From Macrostomum lignano (taxonomy: Eukaryota): a DNA stretch of 64,000 nucleotides. Shown in pieces: positions 21,801-33,772 of the stretch. Both the position numbers and the translations under genes were made by a program. The notes under the pieces were generated by a model. That model saw only the letters and a list, made by a program, of their open reading frames with translations, searched no databases and had not been told where the DNA came from. How positions within the stretch are numbered: the stretch's first letter is position 1; each line of letters opens with the position of its first letter. The stretch spans positions 1 through 64,000 of the forward strand of contig NIVC01002582.1 in NCBI GenBank assembly GCA_002269645.1, read 5' to 3'.

Positions 21801-23690
21801 AACCATTTTTCTCACGTCTATCACCCCGTAGGCCTCCGCCAAGCATAAGCGGCCTAGGCTACACCGTGCTCAAAGCGAAACGACTCACATTTAACTATTC
21901 ATGGGACGAGCCGGGTCTCGAACCCATGGAGCCTAGCCTGTTGCATTTCTCAACAGTAGCCGGCGGCGGCGAAGTTCGCGCCCAACGCAGCTACCCTGAA
22001 TGGCGCGTCCGTGTCACCTGCGGCGAGGACGTGTCGATGTTCTATGGTCCCTGGGCTGACAGGCAGCGCGAGCACCTGTGGCAGCAGTTCGCGCCGGCGA
22101 AGCAGATCCGCTACACGCCAGACGGACCCACTCCGCCGGGTGAACGACGGCAATACCAACGTTTAGTAATCTCTTGCCTGCTATCCGCTGAGGTGACTAA
22201 TCTAGAGATTGTATTTGCTAAGCCTGATAGTCAGGATAATTATCGATTAGCCGTTGAGCTTGGCAAAGGATCGGCCGTTGACGCTGAGATACCGTTTCTA
22301 ACCGCGCCAGACGGTTTTACTACTGTTATTACTATGAACTTGCTGAATACGTCTGCTAGGTGAGCTCTGTTCTATAAGCTAGCGTTTGTTTTGATTTTGT
22401 GCTTACGACAACTGTGTTTCACACTGCTGATTGTCTGGCTTAATATCATGTGTCCTTTTTCTGGTGTATTGTATTTCCCTTTTCCTCATGACTTCCCTCT
22501 CTTCTCTTCCTCTCCGCTTCCCCTCTCTCTTCCCCTCTCCCCTCTCTCTTCCCCTCTCCCCTTTTTCTTCCCCTCTCCCCTCTCTCTTCCCCTCTCCCCT
22601 CTCTCTTCGCCTCTCCCCTCTCTCTTCCCCTCTCCCCTCTCTCTTCCCCTCTCCCCTCTCTCTTCCCCTCTCCCCTCTCTTCCCTCTCCCCTCTCTCTTC
22701 CCCTCTCCCATCTCTCTTCTCCTCTCCCCTCTTTCTTCCCCTCTCCCTCTCTCTTCTCCTCTCCCCTCTCTCTTCTCCTCTCCCCTCTTTCTTCCCTCTC
22801 CCCTCTCTCTTCCCCTCTCCCCTCCATTCCCCTCTCCCCTCTCTCTTCCCCTCTCCCCTCTCTCTTCCCTCTCCTCTCGAATTTCATCCCTTTCCCACTT
22901 TTCCGTCTCTCCCCTCTGCTTCCCATCTCCTATTTCTTCACACAAGAGTGTAAAAGTATAATTTAAAAAATTGGCAAGTGCATCAGTGAATTTTACTAAT
23001 GTTTAATTAAAATTTTATTACCCCGTGTATTTACGGGAAAAAACATCTGTTGCAGCACGCATCCGTTGACATTTCGCCTATTGGAACGAACCGAGCACAT
23101 CATGGGCACAGTGACCGTGCACTATCCTCTGGACTGGAACGGCCACCAGCACTGGGGCCTGGACTTCATCGTTGACATGGCCGGCGATACGCGCCAAGGC
23201 GGCGTCGCTTTCCTGTTTGATCATAAGAATTTCTTCAAAGCCCTTACGGACGATTGGGTTGGCAGTCACAAGAATAGCGTGTTTAAGTTCCTGCCTTATA
23301 CCTACAAGATTTCTGTAGTGGTTAATAACTTCTTTGTTAAGGTTTGTTGCTTTATCAATTTCCCTATTACTTAAAGTTAAAATGATGGTTAGGGACTAGA
23401 CAAAGATAGAGAGAGACTAGACAGAAATAGAGACTAGATAGAAATATAGAGAGACTAGACTGAGATAGAGAGAGACTAGACAGAGATAGAGACTAGATAG
23501 AGATATGGAGAGACTAGACAGAGATAGAGAGAGACTAGACAGAAATAGAGAGACTAGACAGAGATAGAGAGAGACTAGAAAGATAGAAAGAGACTAGACA
23601 GAGAGAGAGACTAGACAGATAGAGAGAGACTATACAGATAGAAAGAGACTAGACAGATAGAGAGAGAGACTAGACAGATAGAGAGAGACT

Positions 23691-23748
<58 letters not shown>

Positions 23749-26700
23749 CAGATAGAAAGAGGCTAGACAGAGATAGAGAGGGACTAGACAGAGATAGAGA
23801 GACTAGACAGAGATAGAGAGAGACTAGACAGATAGAGAGAGACTAGATAGATAGAGAGAGACTAGACAGAGATAGAGAGGGACTAGATAGAGGCAGAAAG
23901 AGACTAGACAGAGATAGAGAGACTAGATAGAGACAGAGAGACTAGACAGAGATAGAGAGAGACTAGACAGAGATAGAGAGAGACTAGACTAGACAGAGGC
24001 AGAGATAGAAATTAATAAACAGAGATAGATATAATGAAAACTAGATGAAGACAGAGTGAAGTAGACAACGAAGTAGGAAAAAAAGGTCTACAGTAGTCGA
24101 AATGGTGGCAAAAGAGAAGTAGAGTGAGGCCTCGGAGGTAGAGGCCAGATGAAAAGTGAAATCGTAATAATTTAACCCACATTGGGGCGACGACATTTCT
24201 ACTGTCTCTCCTCTCTTGACTACCACGCGGCCCAGGTGTTGGCGAACGACTACAACTGGCTTGACAACAGCACAGGGGCCGGTGAACAGGAGAATGCTAT
24301 TATCGGTCTGACTGGGGACAGTTTAAAGCTCGATTTAACTCTGCCCTACACCGAATACCTGCCCGACACGGTCAAGGTTAATCTATTAATTGACGCGGCT
24401 AATCCTATGTGTTCGCTCTATCTGCCTAGCGTTAGCTCTTGCCGTTATTTGTTAGAGAATTTGAATAGAAATCTGCGCATTACGGATCGACAGTTGCGCC
24501 CGGGCTTGCCGTTTTCTAATCACGCCGCTTCGCCTAAACCGGGCTGGATTGATTGCGTCAGAGCGCCTGAGGCTACTGTGCATATCAGCTTCACCTACTA
24601 CCCTATGCCTTGGGTAGAGTCCGCTAGGCCCTATCTGCCTGACGATTTCTTCAATAGCGAGGCCTGCGTTGTTAAAGATAAACGATTGCCGCAGAATATT
24701 ACTGTGAGTAGGAGTTAGTGGCTGAAACTTGAACAACCTCTTCGACGGGCTCTCAGACCACCAATTTGACAGCCTCTCAAACAGAGACTTTGACAGGCTC
24801 TCAAACAGACACTTTGACAGGCTCTCAAACAGACACTTTGACAGCCTCTCAAACAGACACATTGACAGACTCTCAGACAGACACTTTGACAGGCTCTCAG
24901 ACAGACTTTGACAGGCTCTCAGACAGACTTTGACAGGCTCTCAGACAGACACTTTGACAGGCTCTCAAACAGAGACTTTGACAGGCTCTCAAACAGACAC
25001 TGACAGGCTCTCAGACAGACTTTGACAGGCTCTCAGACAGACTTTGACAGGCTCTCAGACAGACACTTTGACAGGCTCTCAAACAGAGACTTTGACAGGC
25101 TCTCAGACAGAGACTTTGACAGGCTCTCAAACAGACACTGACAGGCTCTCAGACAGAGACTTTGACAGGCTCTCAAACAGACACTGACAGGCTCTCAGAC
25201 AGAGACTTTGACAGGCTCTCAAACAGACACTGACAGGCTCTCAGACAGAGACTTTGACAGGCTCTCAAACAGACACTGACAGGCTCTCAGACAGAGACTT
25301 TGACAGGCTCTCAAACAGACACATTGACAGGCTCTGAAACAGACACTTTGACAGGCTCTCAAACAGACACTGACAGGCTCTCAGACAGACACTTTGACAG
25401 GCTCTCGGACAGACACTTTGATGGGCTCTCAAACAGAGCCTTGACAGGCATTTTGAGACACTTACAGGTTCTTAAACAGAACATTAAACAGATACTTATA
25501 TTATTAGACAGAAAATTAGACAGAACATTAAACAGATACTTATGTTATTAGACAGAAAATTAGACAGAACTTTAAACAGATGCTTATGTTATTAGACAGA
25601 AAATTAGACAGAACATTAAACAGATGCTTATGTTCTTAGACAGAAAATTAGACAGAACATTAAACAGATACTTATGTTATTAGACAGAAAATTAGACAGA
25701 ACATTAAACAGATACTTATGTTATTAGACAGAAAATTAGACAGAACATTAAACACATACTTATGTTCTTAGACAGAAAATTAGACAGAACATTAAACAGA
25801 TACTTATGTTCTTAGACAGAAAATTAGACAGAACATTAAACACATACTTATGTTCTTAGACAGAAAATTAGACAGAACATTAAACACATACTTATGTTCT
25901 TAGACAGAAAATTAGACAGAACATTAAACAGATACTTATGTTCTTAGACAGAAAATTAGACAGAACATTAAACACATACTTATGTTCTTAGACAGAAAAT
26001 TAGACAGAACATTAAACACATACTTATGTTCTTAGACAGAAAATTAGACAGAACATTAAACAGATACTTATGTTCTTAGACAGAAAATTAGACAGAACAT
26101 TAAACACATACTTATGTTCTTAGACAGAAAATTAGACAGAACATTAAACAGATACTTATGTTCTTAGACAGAAAATTAGACAGAACATTAAACAGATGCA
26201 TATGTTCTTAAACAGAAAATAATTTGACAATCTCTTAAGACACGCACGTATCGGTAGACAGACTCTTAGTCACTCAAATGTGTCATTAAGCAGATGCTGT
26301 GATGGATCATTAAACAAATGATGTGTTAAACAGGTGGACACAGACAAATTTGACGTGAGCTACATGTCACCGGATCTAATCGAAGTCTCAGTGGAAGTCA
26401 GCCACGCGTCTGCACTATTACACGGCGCTTTTATTAGGCATTTCATTCACGTTAAAGAGAATTATTTTGGCGCCCATCAAACTCCGCGCGAATTCGATCC
26501 GTCAGCCTCATCCAATGGCGCCAGATTAGGCCGGTCGCGCTATCCTCGACTGATTGAATTAGAAAAATTCGATCCCAGAGATTGGCGTCCGTTCGGAGTT
26601 CGGGCCAATCTGGCTTTCCACGAAATTCAAGGCCACCTGCCGTGCCACTCGAGCGACCAGCTGCCGCTCTGTCCCACTCTGTTTGTCAACTGTTTGTCGT

Positions 26701-29700
26701 TTGAGTTGAACAAGCAGTACGACGAGACCCGACTGCAGCTGTGCGTGTCTCCTGCCCAGTTGTTTGCCTTCGATTCGGCTCATCGAGTCAGCTCGAGACA
26801 GCTGCAGCAGGGCATGCTGTTGCTGGGCGGCTTGCAGGTTACACTTCTATTGGCTCTGTGCTTTTGTTTGGGTTCTTTACTGACTTCTGTTCAGCTTCAA
26901 CTACCTCTCCCCTCTCCCTCTCTGTTCTCTCCTCTCGCCTTCGCTTCTCTCCCTTTCTTCTCTCCTCCTGCCTTCCCTTCTCTCCCTTTCTTCTCTCCTC
27001 TCGCCTTCCCTTCTCTCCCTTTCTTCTCTTCTCTCGCCTTCCCTTCTCTCCCTTTCTTCTCTCCTCTCGCCTTCCCTTCTCTCCCTTTCTTCTCTCCTCC
27101 TGCCTTCCCTTCTCTCCCTTTCTTCTCTCCTCTCGCCTTCCCTTCTCTCCCTTTCTTCTCTTCTCTCGCCTTCCCTTCTCTCCCTTTCTTCTCTCCTCTC
27201 GCCTTCCTTCTCTCCCTTTCTTCTCTCCTCTCGCCTTCCCTTCTCTCCCTTTCTTCTCTCCTCTCGCCTTCCCTTCTCTCCCTCTCGCCTTCGCTTCTCT
27301 CCCTTTCTTCTCTCCTCTCGCCTTCGCTTCTCTCCCTTTCTTCTCTCCTCTCGCCTTCCCTTCTCTCCCTCTCGCCTTCGCTTCTCTCCCTTTCTTCTCT
27401 CCTCTCGCCTTCCCTTCTCTCCCTTTCTTCTCTCCTCTCGCCTTCCCTTCTCTCCCTTTCTTCTCTCCTCCTGCCTTCCCTTCTCTCCCTTTCTTCTCTC
27501 CTCTCGCCTTCCCTTCTCTCCCTTTCTTCTCTTCTCTCGCCTTCCCTTCTCTCCCTTTCTTCTCTCCTCTCGCCTTCCCTTCTCTCCCTTTCTTCTCTCC
27601 TCCTGCCTTCCCTTCTCTCCCTTTCTTCTCTCCTCTCGCCTTCCCTTCTCTCCCTTTCTTCTCTTCTCTCGCCTTCCCTTCTCTCCCTTTCTTCTCTCCT
27701 CTCGCCTTCCCTTCTCTCCCTTTCTTCTCTCCTCTCGCCTTCCCTTCTCTCCCTTTCTTCTCTCCTCTCGCCTTCCCTTCTCTCCCTCTCGCCTTCGCTT
27801 CTCTCCCTTTCTTCTCTCCTCTCGCCTTCGCTTCTCTCCCTTTCTTCTCTCCTCTCGCCTTCCCTTCTCTCCCTCTCGCCTTCGCTTCTCTCCCTTTCTT
27901 CTCTCCTCTCGCCTTCCCTTCTCTCCCTTTCTTCTCTCCTCTCGCCTTCCCTTCTCTCCCTTTCTTCTCTCCTCCTGCCTTCCCTTCTCTCCCTTTCTTC
28001 TCTCCTCTCGCCTTCCCTTCTCTCCCTTTCTTCTCTTCTCTCGCCTTCCCTTCTCTCCCTTTCTTCTCTCCTCTCGCCTTCCCTTCTCTCCCTTTCTTCT
28101 CTCCTCCTGCCTTCCCTTCTCTCCCTTTCTTCTCTCCTCTCGCCTTCCCTTCTCTCCCTTTCTTCTCTTCTCTCGCCTTCCCTTCTCTCCCTTTCTTCTC
28201 TCCTCTCGCCTTCCCTTCTCTCCCTTTCTTCTCTCCTCTCGCCTTCCCTTCTCTCCCTTTCTTCTCTCCTCTCGCCTTCCCTTCTCTCCCTCTCGCCTTC
28301 GCTTCTCTCCCTTTCTTCTCTCCTCTCGCCTTCGCTTCTCTCCCTTTCTTCTCTCCTCTCGCCTTCCCTTCTCTCCCTCTCGCCTTCGCTTCTCTCCCTT
28401 TCTTCTCTCCTCTCGCCTTCCCTTCTCTCCCTTTCTTCTCTCCTCTCGCCTTCCCTTCTCTCCCTTTCTTCTCTCCTCTCGCCTTCGCTTCTCTCCCTTT
28501 CTTCTCTCCTCTTGCCTTCGCTTCTCTCCCTTTCTTCTCTCCTCTCGCCTTCGCTTCTCTCCCTTTCTTCTCTTCTCTCGCCTTCCCTTCTCTCCCTTTC
28601 TTCTCTCCTCTCGCCTTCCCTTCTCTCCATTTCTTCTCTCCTCTCGCCTTCCCTTCTCTCCATTTCTTCTCTCCTCTCGCCTTCCCTTCTCTCCCTTTCT
28701 TCTCTCCTCTCGCCTTCCCTTCTCTCCCTTTCTTCTCTCCTCTCGCCTTCCCTTCTCTCCATTTCTTCTCTCCTCTCGCCTTCCCTTCTCTCCATTTCTT
28801 CTCTCCTCTCGCCTTCCCTTCTCTCCCTTTCTTCTCTCCTCTCGCCTTCGCTTCTCTCCCTCTCTATTCTCTCCTCTCGCCTTCGATTCTCTCCCTTTCT
28901 TCTCTCCTCTCGCCTTTGCTTCTCTCCCTTTCTTCACTCCTCTCGCCTTCCCTTCTCTCCCTTTCTTCTCTCCTCTCGCCTTCGCTTCTCTCCCTTTCAT
29001 CTCTCCTCTCGCCTTCCCTTCTCTCCCTTTCTTCTCTCCTCTCGCCTTCCCTTCTCTCCCTTTCTTCTCTCCTCCTGCCTTCCCTTCTCTCCCTTTCTTC
29101 TCTCCTCTCGCCTTCCCTTCTCTCCCTTTCTTCTCTTCTCTCGCCTTCCCTTCTCTCCCTTTCTTCTCTCCTCTCGCCTTCCCTTCTCTCCCTTTCTTCT
29201 CTCCTCCTGCCTTCCCTTCTCTCCCTTTCTTCTCTCCTCTCGCCTTCCCTTCTCTCCCTTTCTTCTCTTCTCTCGCCTTCCCTTCTCTCCCTTTCTTCTC
29301 TCCTCTCGCCTTCCCTTCTCTCCCTTTCTTCTCTCCTCTCGCCTTCCCTTCTCTCCCTTTCTTCTCTCCTCTCGCCTTCCCTTCTCTCCCTCTCGCCTTC
29401 GCTTCTCTCCCTTTCTTCTCTCCTCTCGCCTTCGCTTCTCTCCCTTTCTTCTCTCCTCTCGCCTTCCCTTCTCTCCCTCTCGCCTTCGCTTCTCTCCCTT
29501 TCTTCTCTCCTCTCGCCTTCCCTTCTCTCCCTTTCTTCTCTCCTCTCGCCTTCCCTTCTCTCCCTTTCTTCTCTCCTCTCGCCTTCGCTTCTCTCCCTTT
29601 CTTCTCTCCTCTTGCCTTCGCTTCTCTCCCTTTCTTCTCTCCTCTCGCCTTCGCTTCTCTCCCTTTCTTCTCTTCTCTCGCCTTTGCTTCTCTCCCTTTC

Positions 29701-32700
29701 TTCTCTCCTCTCGCCTTCCCTTCTCTCCATTTCTTCTCTCCTCTCGCCTTCCCTTCTCTCCATTTCTTCTCTCCTCTCGCCTTCCCTTCTCTCCCTTTCT
29801 TCTCTCCTCTCGCCTTCCCTTCTCTCCCTTTCTTCTCTCCTCTCGCCTTCCCTTCTCTCCATTTCTTCTCTCCTCTCGCCTTCCCTTCTCTCCATTTCTT
29901 CTCTCCTCTCGCCTTCCCTTCTCTCCCTTTCTTCTCTCCTCTCGCCTTCGCTTCTCTCCCTCTCTATTCTCTCCTCTCGCCTTCGATTCTCTCCCTTTCT
30001 TCTCTCCTCTCGCCTTTGCTTCTCTCCCTTTCTTCACTCCTCTCGCCTTCCCTTCTCTCCCTTTCTTCTCTCCTCTCGCCTTCGCTTCTCTCCCTTTCAT
30101 CTCTCCTCTCGCCTTCCCTTCTCTCCCTTTTTTCTCTCCTCTCGCCTTCCCTTCTCTCCCTTTCTTCTCTCCTCTCCTCTCGCCTTCCCTTCTCTCCCTT
30201 TCTTCTCTCCTCTCGCCTTCCCTTCTCTCCCTCTCGCCTTCGCTTCTCTCCCTTTCTTCTCTCCTCTCGCCTTCCCTTCTCTCCCTCTCGCCTTCCCTTC
30301 TCTCCCTTTCTTCTCTCCTCTCGCCTTCCCTTCTCTCCCTCTCGCCTTCGCTTCTCTCCCTTTCTTCTCTCCTCTCGCCTTCCCTTCTCTCCCTCTCGCC
30401 TTCGCTTCTCTCCCTTTCTTCTCTCCTCTCGCCTTCCCTTCTCTCCCTTTCTTCTCTCCTCTCGCCTTTGCTTCTCTCCCTTTCTTCTCTCCTCTCGCCT
30501 TCCCTTCTCTCCCTTTCTTCTCTCCTCTTTTCTCTATCTTTTTTCTCCTCTCCTCTCTCCTTCTCCTCTCTTCACTCCTCTTCCCTCTTCTCTCCCCTTC
30601 TCTCTCCTCTCTCTCTCCTTCCCCTTCTCTCCTCTCCTCACATCTCTCTTCTCTCCTGCCCTCTCCCGTCTCTCCATTCTCCTCTTTTCTCTCATCTCCC
30701 CTCTTTTCTCCCCTCCCCCCTCTTCCCTCTCGCCTCTCTTCTCTCGTCTTCCCTCTCTCCTCTCCCTCTCTCCTCTCTTCTCTCTTCTCCCCATCTCTTC
30801 TGTCACTCTCTCTTCTCTCCTCTCCCCCCTCCCCTCTCCTCTCCTCTTCCCTCCTATGACCCCTCTCTTCTCCCCTATTATTTGTATCCTGGCAATCAGT
30901 CCCGCTGCAATTATGATCATACGCTTGCACTGAGTTTTTTACAATGCTAGTATCTGACAAACTTATGACAAATTTATGTTTCCTAAACAATGCTGCCCCA
31001 TCGCACCAATTCAGGTACGCGGTCACGCAATGTTCTCGCACAAAGACTTGCCAATCGACTGCGAGACGCTCGAATACGCCTGGCTAATTGAAGTGACAAT
31101 TGGCGACGCCAGCTGCCGTCTGACCCTGCCGCAACTGGCCGGCCTGATTCAAGGCGTTCAAGCCTTCGTGTTCTCAGCCTTGGATAGCGAGAATGAACTG
31201 CAGCCTGCTAGCAAGGTGCGCGGCAATATTTATTCATTTATTACCAACTGTTACTTCTTCTAAAATATAAAATTACCTTTACATTAGTGCTTATGTACAG
31301 TAGCTATTGCTGTGTAAATGTACATAAGAGTACATAAGACCTTGTGTACAGTACATGTACTCAAGTATCACTATACAGTAGCTACTATGATGTACATGTA
31401 CTCAAGTGTCACTGTACAGTAGCTACTATGATGTACATGTACTCAAGTGTCACTGTACAGTAGCTACTATGATGTACATGTACTCAAGTGGCACTGTACA
31501 GTAGCTACAATGGTGTACATGTATTCAAGTGTCACTGTACAGTAGCTACAATGGTGTACATGTATTCAAGTGTCACTGTACAGTAGCTACTATGATGTAC
31601 ATGTACTCAAATGTCACTGTACAGTAGCTACAATGGTGTACATGTATTCAAGTGTCACTGTACAGTAGCTACTATGATGTACATGTACTCAAGTGTCACT
31701 GTACAGTAGCTACAATGGTGTACATGTATTCAAGTGTCACTGTACAGTAGCTACAATGGTGTACATGTATTCAAGTGTCACTGTACAGTAGCTACTATGA
31801 TGTACATGTATTCAAGTGGCACTGTACAGTAGCTACAATGGTGTACATGTACTCAAGTGTCACTGTACAGTAGCTACAATGGTGTACATGTACTCAAGTG
31901 TCACTGTACAGTAGCTACAATGGTGTACATGTATTCAAGTGTCACTGTACAGTAGCTACTATGATGTACATGTACTCAAGTGTCACTGTACAGTAGCTAC
32001 TATGATGTACATGTACTCAAGTGTCACTGTACAGTAGCTACAATGGTGTACATGTATTAAGTGTCACTGTACAGTAGCTACTATGATGTACATGTACTCA
32101 AATGTCACTGTACAGTAGCTACAATGGTGTACATGTACTCAAGTGTCACTGTACAGTAGCTACAATGGTGTACATGTATTCAAGTGTCCCTGTACAGTAG
32201 CTACTATGATGTACATGTACTCAAATGTCACTGTACAGTAGCTACTATGGTGTACATGTACTCAAGTGTCACTGTACAGTAGCTACTATGGTGTACATGT
32301 ACTCAAGTGTCACTGTACAGTAGCTACTATGGTGTACATGTACTCAAGTGTCACTGTACAGTAGCTACTATGATGTACATGTATTCAAGTGGCACTGTAC
32401 AGTAGCTACTATGGTGTACATGTATTCAAGTGTCACTGTACAGTAGCTACTATGGTGTACATGTACTCAAGTGTCACTGTACAGTAGCTACTATGATGTA
32501 CATGTACTCAAGTGTCACTGTACAGTAGCTACTATGATGTACATGTATTCAAGTGGCACTGTACAGTAGCTACTATGGTGTACATGTATTCAAGTGGCAC
32601 TGTACAGTAGCTACTATGGTGTACATGTACATCTACAGTGCTAATCGACAGTACGGTGTACATGTACATAAGTATCAATGTACGGTTGCTACTATGGTGT

Positions 32701-33277
32701 ACATGTACATCTACAGTGCTAATCGACAGTACGGTGTACATGTACATAAGTATCAATGTACGGTTGCTACTATGGTGTACACGAGTCTCAGTGTACAGCA
32801 GCCGGTAGAGTCTACTACCAATGTGCCAAGGTAAATTAGCTAATATAATGATGTACACTTGAGGCCAATATAATAACTAATGTGTGTACTTTTCATTCTC
32901 CCCCGCGGCCAGGACCGGGTCTGCGTACACGGCCAGACCACCAGCGCTTGTTCGCGTCACAAACGAACAGACAGTCGACCCTCGTGCTTTCACGAAGAGC
33001 AGTTAAAGTACAAATTGTTGCGCCTGTCTGTCGACCAGCTCAACCTGTGCTTAGTAGAGTCCGGCACCTGTCTCAGCGTACAGCTGGACCCCATCCGGCT
33101 GAGCAATTGCAATTTGCACAGCGAAAAACACGAAGAAGGCTATTCGGCCCTGCTGCCCACGGTGTCCATTACTCAGTTTGTTTTTGCTGGCAAAGCCGCC
33201 GAGATTGACATCAACTGTATGGAGGATGGCGCCTGGATTGAGGTCGGGCATTTAGTGCCGCTTGATATGCTCTTGCC

Positions 33278-33312
<35 letters not shown>

Positions 33313-33326
33313 TGCTTCTGTCTGTG

Positions 33327-33399
<73 letters not shown>

Positions 33400-33403
33400 T
33401 GCT

Positions 33404-33458
<55 letters not shown>

Positions 33459-33488
33459 TGCTTCTGTCTGTGTGTCTGTCTGTCTGTG

Positions 33489-33539
<51 letters not shown>

Positions 33540-33582
33540 TTATCTATTTATGTCTATCTATACATCTATCTATTTTTCTCTC

Positions 33583-33668
<86 letters not shown>

Positions 33669-33684
33669 GTATCTATCTATCCAT

Positions 33685-33772
<88 letters not shown>

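Noticed and set aside
26334-30950. 1538-aa, 1372-aa and antisense R/E-rich ORFs
   Set aside because: Only the first 168 codons are BLTP1 exon 8; the rest is the stop-free 33-bp pyrimidine repeat.
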